Shown in pieces: positions 1 to 8,388 of a DNA stretch of 25,088 nt. Both the position numbers and the translations under genes were made by a program. Positions within the stretch are counted from its first letter, which is position 1; every line of letters begins with the position of its first letter. Source of the stretch: an uncultured archaeon. Its GTDB lineage: Archaea; Iainarchaeota; Iainarchaeia; Iainarchaeales; CSSED10-239. Where the stretch lies: positions 1 to 25,088 of the forward strand of contig CAZCAP010000012.1 of NCBI GenBank assembly GCA_964496765.1. Reading direction: 5' to 3'. The notes beneath the pieces were generated by a model. It had not been told where the DNA came from. It did no database searches and saw only the letters and a list, made by a program, of their open reading frames with translations.

Positions 1-1140
1 TTAGCAGTTGTTGTTCTTCTTTGTTTTGTTGTGGGAATACTTGTTGCTGTTTATATTTATCCTGATGAGAACACAACCATTGATCAAATAACATCTGATC
101 TTAATGGACTAAAGGATGATCTCAACTCAAAAATTAGTGATATTAATACAACAAATATAGCCACAGAGATTGAAGCAAAGAAAGATACTATTTATTCTGA
201 TATTGAAAAAAGATATCTCTATGGTTCTGCGGATAGAAACTTAGATGTTCAAGTAATTTTTTGCCCAGAGGATGATTGTTCTCTTAAGCTTGTTGAATTA
301 ATTAATGAAAGTAAGAAATCCATTGATTGTTCAATATATGATGTTGAACTTTCAAGTATCTCTGATGCCTTAGTGGATAGAAATAAATTAGGAGTTGCTT
401 TAAGAATCGTTAGTGACTATGAACAAGCATCTCAGAAAGCATCAAAGATTGGTGAACTTAAGGTTGGAGGAGCAAATGTAATTATTTCTCCAGAAAGTTA
501 TCCAATCATGCACAATAAATTTTGTGTGTTTGATAATGAGATTGTATGGGTTGGATCAATGAACTTTACTTTAAATGATTCAAGAAGGAATAATAATAAT
601 GTTTTGATTATTAATGATAAAGAGGTTGCTGATTTTTATACAAACAAGATTGATTATTTCTTTAGAGGCATCTTTAGTCCAAAAATTAATCCATCAATAG
701 AAACAAATAAAATAGGAAATGGTGAGTTCTATTTTTGTCCAGAAGATAATTGTGGAGCACATGTTATTTCAATGATCAATGATTCTAATCTCTCAATTGA
801 GTGTATGTTCTTTTCATTTACCTTAGATGATGCAGGAGATATAATGATTCAAAAGAACGTAGCTAAAAGAATTGTATTTGAAAATACCCAAAACAGTGTG
901 TATTCAGAATATGATAGGTTAAAGGAAAAAGGGATTCCTGTTCTTTTAGATAAAAATCCACAAAACATGCACAATAAATTTTGTGTAATAGACAACAAGA
1001 TAGTAATGACTGGTTCAATGAATTTATCAGTTAATGGAACTCAGAAAAATGATGAGTCTCTTTTGTTTATTTACAGTGAATCTCTGGCACAGGAGTATTT
1101 AGATTACTTTAATAAATATTGGAATGAATGGAATTTATAG
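1..1140 (+). CDS. Membrane-anchored phospholipase D / Nuc-like family protein with two HKD motifs; 5' end probably lies outside the window
   Basis: Frame 1 is open from base 1 (LAVVVLLCFVVGILVAVYIY, a hydrophobic helix), so the GTG at 31 is probably not the true start. There are two HxK(x4)D(x6)GSxN motifs: HNKFCVFDNEIVWVGSMN (His codon 511-513) and HNKFCVIDNKIVMTGSMN (His codon 970-972). Each is preceded by an FCPED(D/N)C...SI(D/E)C segment, giving two tandem Nuc-like halves. An exact 21-nt repeat (507-527 and 966-986) covers the two HKD cores. TAG stop at 1138-1140. Confidence 0.8.
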   Translation, partial: LAVVVLLCFVVGILVAVYIYPDENTTIDQITSDLNGLKDDLNSKISDINTTNIATEIEAKKDTIYSDIEKRYLYGSADRNLDVQVIFCPEDDCSLKLVELINESKKSIDCSIYDVELSSISDALVDRNKLGVALRIVSDYEQASQKASKIGELKVGGANVIISPESYPIMHNKFCVFDNEIVWVGSMNFTLNDSRRNNNNVLIINDKEVADFYTNKIDYFFRGIFSPKINPSIETNKIGNGEFYFCPEDNCGAHVISMINDSNLSIECMFFSFTLDDAGDIMIQKNVAKRIVFENTQNSVYSEYDRLKEKGIPVLLDKNPQNMHNKFCVIDNKIVMTGSMNLSVNGTQKNDESLLFIYSESLAQEYLDYFNKYWNEWNL

Positions 1141-1143
1141 ATC

Positions 1144-1686
1144 ATGAGCAAAAAAATTATTAAACCCAAAAAAATTAAAGTTTTTGAATTTAAAAAGTTA
1201 GAAAAGGTAAACCCCAGAGAAAATAAAAGATCTTTTCCAATCCCTGAAATCAAAATGAATAGGGAACAGGGGCTAATAAGTGCAAAAAGATTGTGTGCCC
1301 ACTTCAAGATGGAAGGAAATGAAATTATTATTTATAGATTTTCAAATAATCTACGAGTCTTCTCAGAAAGTAGTTCAATAACCGAGATGACTGCAGTAAT
1401 TAATAAACTAAAATATTTTGCTAAAAAAAATAATGTGAAACAAATAAGCATACCTGTTTTCTCAAAAGAACATTCAAAAATATTTACTTATTTTGGTTTC
1501 ATGGAACCACCTTTAACTAAAATACAAGCCTATAACACTAAATTAAAATCACTTGGGATTAAGGGAATTGAAGAAATAATTGATAATAACCATTTTTTTG
1601 TGATGGATAATAAAAATAAAATAAGTGTTCTAGAAAACAAAGAACTACATAAATATATACCTTTTTGTGTATCTAAAGTAAATTAA
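1144..1686 (+). CDS. Hypothetical protein, 180 aa, Lys-rich N-terminus; weak GNAT-like resemblance in its C-terminal part only
   Basis: The ATG lies 3 nt after the PLD stop, which suggests translational coupling. The segment LKYFAKKNNVKQISIPVFSKEHSKIFTYFGFME resembles the alpha3-beta5-alpha4 region of GNAT folds, but I see no Q/RxxGxG/A acetyl-CoA motif. No confident family assignment. Confidence 0.55.
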   Translation: MSKKIIKPKKIKVFEFKKLEKVNPRENKRSFPIPEIKMNREQGLISAKRLCAHFKMEGNEIIIYRFSNNLRVFSESSSITEMTAVINKLKYFAKKNNVKQISIPVFSKEHSKIFTYFGFMEPPLTKIQAYNTKLKSLGIKGIEEIIDNNHFFVMDNKNKISVLENKELHKYIPFCVSKVN

Positions 1687-1753
1687 ATAATAATTAAGTA
1701 ATAAAAAATTTATTTATAAATGTATTGCTACTTATATTATTTATATAATATAT

Positions 1754-1825
1754 GGGGCTGTAGTGTAGTGGTTAGCATTTAAGCTTTGGGAGCTTACGAC
1801 CCCCGTTCAAATCGGGGCAGCCTCA
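1754..1825 (+). tRNA. tRNA-Pro (anticodon UGG), 72 nt, no intron, CCA not encoded
   Basis: Cloverleaf folded by eye. Acceptor stem GGGGCTG/CAGCCTC (one G-U pair). D-arm GTGT-AGTGGTTA-GCAT. Anticodon stem TAAGC/GCTTA with loop TTTGGGA (anticodon TGG). Variable region CGAC. T-arm CCCCG-TTCAAAT-CGGGG. Discriminator A. It is the only GC-rich island in an AT-rich spacer, and a T-rich tract (CTCTTTATTTT) follows it. Confidence 0.9.
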
Positions 1826-1853
1826 CTCTTTATTTTAAATGGAAAGGTAAGCT

Positions 1854-2543
1854 ATGCCCAAAAGAAAATCTCCAACTAAACACGTACAATTAAGTTTGTT
1901 TAATGGAGAGCACAAAGTTGAGTTGCCAAAGCCTCCAAGACTTAAAAAAACTAATTTTATTACATTAAGAGAGCGCTTTAATAAATTTTCAAATAAGGAA
2001 GATTTTCAAAAAAATAAGCATAAAATATTTGAAGATCTTAAAAGAAGATATAATAAATATGATGTAAACCATCATGAACAAAAAGAAATTAAATTTGGTA
2101 AAAACTTTATTGCTGATGTGAGAATAGATCTAACAAAAAGATTGAATCTAATTCAAGAATATCTAATTAATAATATAGAAAAGGAAACAAAACATAATAT
2201 TCTTTTAAAGAATAAAGAAAACAAAGCACTCTATAGATTGATGTTTGTGTACAAGAGAGAAGGAATTGACCTCTTAAACAAATTAGATTGGATAGATAAA
2301 GATATGGATTATATTCATCAAACCGGGCCAACAGAATTAAGATTTGCGCGTAGCTCACAAGATGTTAATGAGATAAGTCAAGCAATTTCTGATAAAAGCT
2401 CAACCATTGATAGGAAAAAAGTGAAATTCATTGATGGCTATTGTACTTTCAGAGCAAAATATTCTATTCTTTCTGATATTAAATTTTTAAATGAGTTTGC
2501 TCCAAGATTTAATCTTAAGTTTGAAGAATCTAAAAAATTTTAA
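1854..2543 (+). CDS. Hypothetical protein, 229 aa, basic
   Basis: Uninterrupted 229-codon ORF in AT-rich DNA. GGTAAG lies about 8 nt upstream of the ATG. N-terminus is MPKRKSPTKH. No motif I recognise. Confidence 0.55.
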   Translation: MPKRKSPTKHVQLSLFNGEHKVELPKPPRLKKTNFITLRERFNKFSNKEDFQKNKHKIFEDLKRRYNKYDVNHHEQKEIKFGKNFIADVRIDLTKRLNLIQEYLINNIEKETKHNILLKNKENKALYRLMFVYKREGIDLLNKLDWIDKDMDYIHQTGPTELRFARSSQDVNEISQAISDKSSTIDRKKVKFIDGYCTFRAKYSILSDIKFLNEFAPRFNLKFEESKKF

Positions 2544-2566
2544 AATTGTTTTATTGAGATGAGAAT

Positions 2567-3055
2567 ATGCCAGGACCACTAAAACCTAGGGGAATAAGTC
2601 CAGAGAAAATAAGAGAAGCAGCAAAAAAAGGTGGCTTCAAAGCCTTTATAAGTTCTAGGGCAAAACGAAGAAGCATGGCATTGGAGCGTAGAAAAAAAGA
2701 ACTTAATAATCTTTCGATTATTGATAAGGAAAATAAAATTTTATCCAATCATCAAAGATACTTTATTCAATTGGAAGAATTATATAATAAGAAATATATA
2801 TCTTCAACTGAACCCTATAAACAATTAAGTTCAATTAAGAAACAATTACTAAATGATTATTTTTCTTTCCTAACTAAATTAAAAGAAGAAAATAGTTTAC
2901 TGCGTTCTATGCTAACTCAAATAAAAGAAGCAAAAGCAGGTAATAGGGACAAACTAATTAGTGAATATTTGAAACGTGAAGAACAATTTCTGGAAAAATT
3001 AAAGACATTAGCTGATGTTTGGCAGAATAATAGAATGCGCACCTTTGGGCCTTGA
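2567..3055 (+). CDS. Hypothetical protein, 162 aa, basic N-terminus and heptad-like (coiled-coil) C-terminal two thirds
   Basis: ORF begins 23 nt after the previous stop. N-terminus is MPGPLKPRGISPEK, followed by long Lys/Glu/Leu-rich helical-looking sequence. No recognisable catalytic motif. Confidence 0.5.
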   Translation: MPGPLKPRGISPEKIREAAKKGGFKAFISSRAKRRSMALERRKKELNNLSIIDKENKILSNHQRYFIQLEELYNKKYISSTEPYKQLSSIKKQLLNDYFSFLTKLKEENSLLRSMLTQIKEAKAGNRDKLISEYLKREEQFLEKLKTLADVWQNNRMRTFGP

Positions 3056-3132
3056 TTTCCAGTTAACCAATCCTTTTTTAAATAATTAGCAGATATAATA
3101 TATTATTATATAATAAATATAGGTAATAATTT

Positions 3133-4596
3133 ATGGTATCAAGCGAAGAATATAAGATTGAAGATTTTAATGAATGGTTTAATGATATAATCTTTAAGGC
3201 AGAACTTGCTGATCAAAGATATAATATCAAAGGTTTTGTTGTGTTTAGACCATGGTCAGTTTATTCCATTAGCTTGATGTTTAGATTGTATGAAGACAAA
3301 CTAAATGATACTGGACATCAGCAGGTAATCATGCCTACTCTTATACCTGAAGAAAACTTTCTAAAGGAAGCAGAGCATGTTGAAGGATTTACTCCAGAAG
3401 TGTTTTGGGTAACAGAACATGGTTCTGAGAAGTTTGAAAATAAATATGCACTAAGACCAACAAGTGAAACTGCTTTTTATTTTATGTTTAAATATTGGTT
3501 ACAGAGCTATAAGGATCTTCCAATGAAAACATACCAGAGAGCTAATGTTTTTAGATATGATTCTAAAGCAACTAAGCCTTTCATAAGAGGAAGAGAATTT
3601 TATTGGTATGAAACACATAATATTTTTGAAACCATTGAAGATGCAGAGGAACAGGTTCTTGAGGATATGCAAATAACTGAAGAAATGTTACATATTGCGT
3701 TTGGTATTCCATTTATATTTTTTAAAAGACCACAGTGGGATAAATTTCCTGGTGCAATAAATACTTTTGCTGCTGATGCAATTATTCCAAATGGTAGAGT
3801 ACTTCAATTACCATCAACCCATGTTTTAGGAGATAAGTTTACTAAAACATTTGATGTTAAGTTTAAGGATAAGGATGAAGAAGTTAAATATGCCTATGGA
3901 ACATGCTATGGTCCAGCAATTTCAAGAATATATGGTGGAATGATTTGTGTTCATGGGGATAAACTTGGTTTAAGATTACCATTTGATTTAGCACCAATAC
4001 AGGTAATAATTACTCCTTTATACTTTAAGGATGAAGATAATGAAAAAGTTGAAAAATTAAGTATTGAGATTGCTGAGAATCTAGATAAGCTTGGTTATAA
4101 GGTTAAGATTGATGATCAAAAGGAAAAAACTCCAAAAGAAAGATTTACTTTCTATGAAATGAAAGGGGTTCCAGTTAGAATAGAGATTGGTCCTAAGGAT
4201 ATATTTGAAGGAGTTGCAACCTTTTTCAGACGTGATCTTAATGAAAAATATAAGGTATACCTTGCAGATATTTATGATGAAATAAAAAAAATAAAAGAAG
4301 AGTTTATTACAAATCTTAGAGAGCAAGCAGACATGGCTTTCGAAGAAAAGATTGTTACAGTTACAACCTATGATGATTTAAAAGAAGTTATTGAAAGTGA
4401 TCAGGTAGCAAGAGTTCCTCTCTGTTCAATTGACATGGATGGGAAAGCCTGTGCTGATGATATTAAAGCAGACACCAAGGGTGGGGAAGTAAGAGGAACA
4501 AGAATGGACTATGAAGATGTTCCTGACGAAGAAGCAATTTGTGTGGTTTGTGGAAAGAAAGCAGATTGCATGGTCTATGTTGGTAAGAGTTATTAA
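3133..4596 (+). CDS. proS: Prolyl-tRNA synthetase, archaeal/eukaryotic type
   Basis: Class II aaRS signatures are present: LRPTSET, and FRYDSKATKPFIRGREFYWYETH (motif 2-like). The anticodon-binding region follows. The C-terminal Cys-rich domain (CSIDMDGKAC...CVVCGKKADC) ends in the terminal Tyr typical of archaeal-type ProRS. Length is 487 aa. Confidence 0.93.
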   Translation: MVSSEEYKIEDFNEWFNDIIFKAELADQRYNIKGFVVFRPWSVYSISLMFRLYEDKLNDTGHQQVIMPTLIPEENFLKEAEHVEGFTPEVFWVTEHGSEKFENKYALRPTSETAFYFMFKYWLQSYKDLPMKTYQRANVFRYDSKATKPFIRGREFYWYETHNIFETIEDAEEQVLEDMQITEEMLHIAFGIPFIFFKRPQWDKFPGAINTFAADAIIPNGRVLQLPSTHVLGDKFTKTFDVKFKDKDEEVKYAYGTCYGPAISRIYGGMICVHGDKLGLRLPFDLAPIQVIITPLYFKDEDNEKVEKLSIEIAENLDKLGYKVKIDDQKEKTPKERFTFYEMKGVPVRIEIGPKDIFEGVATFFRRDLNEKYKVYLADIYDEIKKIKEEFITNLREQADMAFEEKIVTVTTYDDLKEVIESDQVARVPLCSIDMDGKACADDIKADTKGGEVRGTRMDYEDVPDEEAICVVCGKKADCMVYVGKSY

Positions 4597-4638
4597 TTTA
4601 TATTTTGTTAATTCATTATTCAGAAGAGGGGGTTTGTT

Positions 4639-5598
4639 ATGAGTAATATTGAATATAATTATAAAAATCTTAATTTTATAACATGCTTGGGGAATGCATC
4701 AGGTCCCTGCTGTACTACTTTTGAAGAGTTATCTGAAATTGGTAAATCAGATGCAGGTGCAATTACAATAAAATCAGCAACAATTGAACCAAGAGAGGGG
4801 AATCCAAAACCACGTTATTTTGAGAATAATTAATTATCCATAAATTCTATGGGATTGCCTAATCCAGGTTACAAAGAACTTGCAGAAATGATTCCAAAAC
4901 TTAAACAATATAATAAGCCAATCATTGCAAGTATTTCTGGTTTTTCCAAACAAGATTATCTAGAGATGATAAAAGAGTTTGATAGTAAAGGTGCAGATAT
5001 TTTTGAATTAAATCTATCCTGTCCAAACGTTGTTGGAAAGCCACAAGCAGGATATAATTTTGAATATTCTAAAGATGTTCTTGAATCTGCAAGAAAATTA
5101 ACAAATAAGCCAATTGCTGTCAAGCTACCTCCTTATTTGGATCAAGTTCACCAAAAACAAATTGCAGATATTCTAATAGATGCAAAAATTGATTTTGCGG
5201 TTCTAATTAATTCACTTGGAAATTGTTTAGTTATTGATCCTGATAAAGAAGAGGCAGTTATTAAACCCAAGAAAGGGTTAGGTGGACTTGGTGGAGATAT
5301 TATAAAACCTGTTGCTTTAGGAAATGTGTTTGGTTTTTATCAATTATTAAATAACAAAGTTAAAATAATTGGATGTGGAGGAATCACAACTGGAACAGAT
5401 GTGTTTGAGTTTATTCTTGCGGGAGCAGACATGGTTCAGATAGCAACTACCTATGCAAAAGAAGGAGCAGGTTCATTTAATAGAATATCAAAAGAATTAC
5501 AGGATCTAATGCAAAAGAAAGGATATAAGAGTTTAGATGATTTTAGAGGTAAGCTCAAAGAAAAGTCTGACGAAGAATATAATTTTAATGTGAAATAA
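4639..5598 (+). pseudogene. pyrD: Dihydroorotate dehydrogenase, class 1 (1A-like), interrupted by one in-frame TAA at 4831-4833. This could be a nonsense mutation, an assembly error or a read-through site.
   Basis: The two track ORFs (4639-4833 and 4849-5598) are in the same frame. Read through the stop, the sequence is REGNPKPRYFENN*LSINSMGLPNPG. This is colinear with the conserved class-1 motif (R)EGNP.PRY.....GSINSMGLPN, with no frameshift. The active-site Cys context LNLSCPNV is characteristic of class 1 enzymes. The FMN-binding C-terminus GCGGITTG...QIAT is intact. SD GAGGGGG lies upstream of the ATG at 4639. Confidence 0.85.
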
Positions 5599-5613
5599 AA
5601 GGAGGAATAAATT

Positions 5614-6288
5614 ATGAGTGTAGGAAAAGAAATCGCAAAGGTGTCTTTAAGTATAGGTTCAATTAAGTTAAGACCAAATGATCCATTCACCTGGGCATCA
5701 GGCTATAGAATGCCAATCTATAATGATAATAGAATGCTATTATTTTATCCAGAATATAGAAAATTAATTATTAAAGGATTTAAGCAAATAATTAAAAAAG
5801 AAAACATTGAATGCGATGTTATTGCAGGCACATCAACAGCAGGAATCCCTCATGCTGCTCTTTTAGCAGAATTATTGAAAAAACCAATGATATATATTAG
5901 AGATAAACCAAAGGATCATGGACTTAAAAATCAAATAGAAGGTCTAGATGCAGATAAAGATTTAGAGGGTAAAAAAGTAATTGTTATTGAAGATCTAATC
6001 TCAACAGGCGGTTCATCAGCAAAAGCAGTTCAGGCAGTGAGAGATGCAAAAGGGAAGGTTGAATATTGTTTAGCAATATTTAGCTATGGGCTTGATAAGG
6101 CAAAGAGTGAATTTGATGTATTACCAGAGAAGACAGAGGTAAGATCTATTCTAACCTATGATATTCTTCTTAAGACTGCAAAAGCAATAAATTATTTAAC
6201 AAGTGATCAAATAAAATTACTTGCTAACTGGAGGAAAGATCCATTTAATTGGGGAGAAAAAAATGGATTTCCAAAAATAGAAAAGTGA
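5614..6288 (+). CDS. pyrE: Orotate phosphoribosyltransferase
   Basis: PRPP-binding loop KKVIVIEDLISTGGSS. N-terminal region matches PyrE (FTWASGYRMPIYNDNR). Strong SD AAGGAGG lies 7 nt upstream. Sits within the pyr cluster. Confidence 0.92.
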   Translation: MSVGKEIAKVSLSIGSIKLRPNDPFTWASGYRMPIYNDNRMLLFYPEYRKLIIKGFKQIIKKENIECDVIAGTSTAGIPHAALLAELLKKPMIYIRDKPKDHGLKNQIEGLDADKDLEGKKVIVIEDLISTGGSSAKAVQAVRDAKGKVEYCLAIFSYGLDKAKSEFDVLPEKTEVRSILTYDILLKTAKAINYLTSDQIKLLANWRKDPFNWGEKNGFPKIEK

Positions 6289-6297
6289 GGTGAAATA

Positions 6298-7242
6298 ATG
6301 AGGATTGATCCACACGTTCATTGTAGGGATGGAAATCAAAACTATAAAGATACTATTAAGCACATTTTCAAGGTTTGTGATGAACAGGGAGTAGATAAAA
6401 TATTTGATATGCCAAACACATCCCCTCCAATAGTAAATGAGAAAGATGTAATTGAAAGATTAAATCTGGTCCCACAGGAAGCAAAGGAAAGATATCATTT
6501 ATATATTGGAGCAACATCTAATCCAAAACAACTTCAGGACGCAGCAGAAATTGTAAAAAAGTATAATGAAGTAATTGGGATTAAATTTTTTGCTGGTCAA
6601 TCGGTTGGAGATCTTGCAATTATTCCAGAAGATAAGCAAAAACTAGTTTACAAGACATTAGCAGAAAACAATTATAAAGGAGTTATTGCATTGCATTGTG
6701 AAAAGGAAGAATTTATTGATAATAGTAAATTTAATCCTAAAGAACCAATTACACATTCATATTCTAGACCAATTGTTTCAGAAGTTGAATCCATTAGAGA
6801 TCAAATTAAGTTTGCAAAAGAATTTAGTTTCAAAGGCACACTACATGTTTGTCATGTGTCCTCTTCAGAATCAGTTAATCTAATTAATTCAGAAGAAGAT
6901 ATAAAAATAACCTGTGCAGTAACACCACACCATATTCTTTGGGACAATAGTATGCTAGGTAGGGAAGATGGGTTACTGTATAAGATGAATCCTCCACTAA
7001 GAGAAAGAGAAGAAGTTAATTCTTTAAAAAACGATCTTCTTAAAGGTAAAATTAATTGGATAGAGACTGATCATGCATCACACGCAATTGGAGAAAAGCT
7101 TTTCTCTCCATACATGTCAGGGTTTCCATCCTTATATCTTTATAAAAAATTTATTGAAGAATATTTGCCAGAACTTGGTTTATCTTCTGAACAAATAAAT
7201 AAACTAACATATGATAACATAGTTGAAGTATTTAAAATATAA
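6298..7242 (+). CDS. pyrC: Dihydroorotase (short cyclic amidohydrolase form)
   Basis: A metal-ligand set is recognisable: DPHVHCRD (HxH), GIKFFAG (Lys), ALHCE, LHVCHVSS and ETDHASH (Asp). SD GAGGTGA upstream. Located between pyrE and pyrF. At 314 aa it is short for the family. Confidence 0.8.
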   Translation: MRIDPHVHCRDGNQNYKDTIKHIFKVCDEQGVDKIFDMPNTSPPIVNEKDVIERLNLVPQEAKERYHLYIGATSNPKQLQDAAEIVKKYNEVIGIKFFAGQSVGDLAIIPEDKQKLVYKTLAENNYKGVIALHCEKEEFIDNSKFNPKEPITHSYSRPIVSEVESIRDQIKFAKEFSFKGTLHVCHVSSSESVNLINSEEDIKITCAVTPHHILWDNSMLGREDGLLYKMNPPLREREEVNSLKNDLLKGKINWIETDHASHAIGEKLFSPYMSGFPSLYLYKKFIEEYLPELGLSSEQINKLTYDNIVEVFKI

Positions 7243-7259
7243 AAAAGGAGTTGATTAAC

Positions 7260-8246
7260 ATGATAGCAGATAAAATGTTAGATAAAATCGATGAAATGCA
7301 AAATCCTTGTGTTGTTGGGCTTGATCCTGTTATTGAAAAAGTACCAAAACATCTTCTCAAAGGAGATTCTTTTGAAGATGTTGCAGATGCTTTTAGAAAA
7401 TTTAATTTTGCAATAATTGATAGTGTTGCAGATATTATTCCAATAGTTAAGCCACAGATTGCTTTTTATGAAAAATATGGGGTGCCTGGCTTAAAAGCAT
7501 TTAAAGATATTGTTGATTATGCGCATTCAAAGGGAATGATTGTAATAGAAGATGGTAAGCGTAATGATATTGCAACAACTGCACAAGCATATGCTGATGG
7601 GCATTTAGGAGTTGTTCAAACAGAACTTGGTAAGAGGCCATCATTAAATGTGGATTTATTAACTGTAAATGGATATCTTGGAAGTGATGGGTTAACTCCA
7701 TTTGCATCAGTTTGTAAAGAATTTGGAAAAGGTGTTTTCATATTAGTGAAAACAAGTAATCCTAGTTCAGGAGAACTTCAAGATAGATTAATTGATATTA
7801 CTCCAGAAGAAGAAAGTAAATTGGTTTCTGATGGTATACCTATAAAAGATCACAAAACCACTGTTTATAATCTTATGGCTATTCAAGTAAACAAATATGC
7901 AGAACAGGATATTGGAAAAAGAGGATATTCTTCAATTGGTGCTGTTGTTGGTGCAACATATCCATCTCAAGCCGAGGAACTTAGAAAGATTATGCCAAAA
8001 TCAATATTCCTTGTTCCTGGATATGGTGCTCAAGGTGGGAAGTCCAAAGATTTAGTAAATTGTTTCAATAAGGATGGATATGGTGCTGTAGTTAATTCAT
8101 CAAGAGAGATAATATATGCTTATCAAAAGACTGACGATCCTTTGAAATTTGCTGAAGCATCAAGAGCAGCAGCACAAGCAATGATTAAAGATATACGTGG
8201 TGCTCTAAAAGAGAGTGGTAAATATCCAGCAAATTGGAAAGATTAA
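7260..8246 (+). CDS. pyrF: Orotidine 5'-phosphate decarboxylase, type 2 (long form)
   Basis: Motifs VVGLDP, KPQIAFYE, DGKRNDIATT (compare DxKRGDIxxT) and LVPGYGAQGG. I prefer ATG 7260 over the TTG at 7251 because AAGGAG (7245-7250) sits 9 nt upstream of it. Confidence 0.88.
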   Translation: MIADKMLDKIDEMQNPCVVGLDPVIEKVPKHLLKGDSFEDVADAFRKFNFAIIDSVADIIPIVKPQIAFYEKYGVPGLKAFKDIVDYAHSKGMIVIEDGKRNDIATTAQAYADGHLGVVQTELGKRPSLNVDLLTVNGYLGSDGLTPFASVCKEFGKGVFILVKTSNPSSGELQDRLIDITPEEESKLVSDGIPIKDHKTTVYNLMAIQVNKYAEQDIGKRGYSSIGAVVGATYPSQAEELRKIMPKSIFLVPGYGAQGGKSKDLVNCFNKDGYGAVVNSSREIIYAYQKTDDPLKFAEASRAAAQAMIKDIRGALKESGKYPANWKD

Positions 8247-8274
8247 TATCTCTCAGATAATATAAATAACATAA

Positions 8275-8318
8275 TAAGAATCATTAGATTTGATTCTTAT
8301 CTTTTTTTCTTATTTTTA
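8275..8318 (+). terminator. Hairpin plus oligo-T tract downstream of pyrF
   Basis: ATAAGATCA (8275-8283) pairs with TGATTCTTAT (8291-8300): 9 bp with one bulged T and a 7-nt loop. CTTTTTTTCTTATTTTTA follows. The T-rich 15-mer TTTTTCTTATTTTTA (8304-8318) recurs after the rps7 hairpin. Confidence 0.45.
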
Positions 8319-8327
8319 AATCTTTTG

Positions 8328-8379
8328 TGTATTTGAGCGAGAATACAAAAGAATACATTTTTTAAATACATTGTATTCT
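8328..8379. promoter_or_regulatory. Operator-like array of (A)GAATACA repeats overlapping a TATA-like box, directly upstream of the PIN-like/RHH module
   Basis: Copies: TGTATTT 8328-8334; AGAATACA 8340-8347; AGAATACA 8350-8357 (direct repeats 10 bp apart); AAATACA 8364-8370; TGTATTCT 8372-8379 (reverse complement of AGAATACA). AATACA-T-TGTATT (8365-8377) is a perfect 13-bp palindrome. TTTAAATA (8361-8368) is TATA-like and centred about 25 nt before ATG 8389, which would give a leaderless or very short-leader mRNA. Confidence 0.5.
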
Positions 8380-8388
8380 TTTATATTT

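Noticed and set aside
507-986. Exact 21-nt repeat (507-527 and 966-986) as a possible mobile-element or recombination repeat.
   Set aside because: Both copies encode the HNKFCV core of the two HKD motifs in the same reading frame. The repeat is explained by the internal domain duplication of the PLD protein.
1754-3055. The tRNA-Pro gene followed by two unknown ORFs could be an integrated mobile element using the tRNA as its att site.
   Set aside because: There is no integrase or recombinase-like ORF. I found no direct repeat of the tRNA 3' end (GTTCAAATCGGGGCAGCCTCA) downstream before proS. There is no obvious compositional break.
4831-4833. Possibility that the in-frame TAA in pyrD reflects a reassigned stop codon (alternative genetic code).
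   Set aside because: TAA is the terminator of many well-defined genes in this window (proS, pyrD end, pyrF, lig, rpoB'', rps7 and others). TAG and TGA also terminate genes at the expected protein ends. A genome-wide reassignment is therefore not supported.
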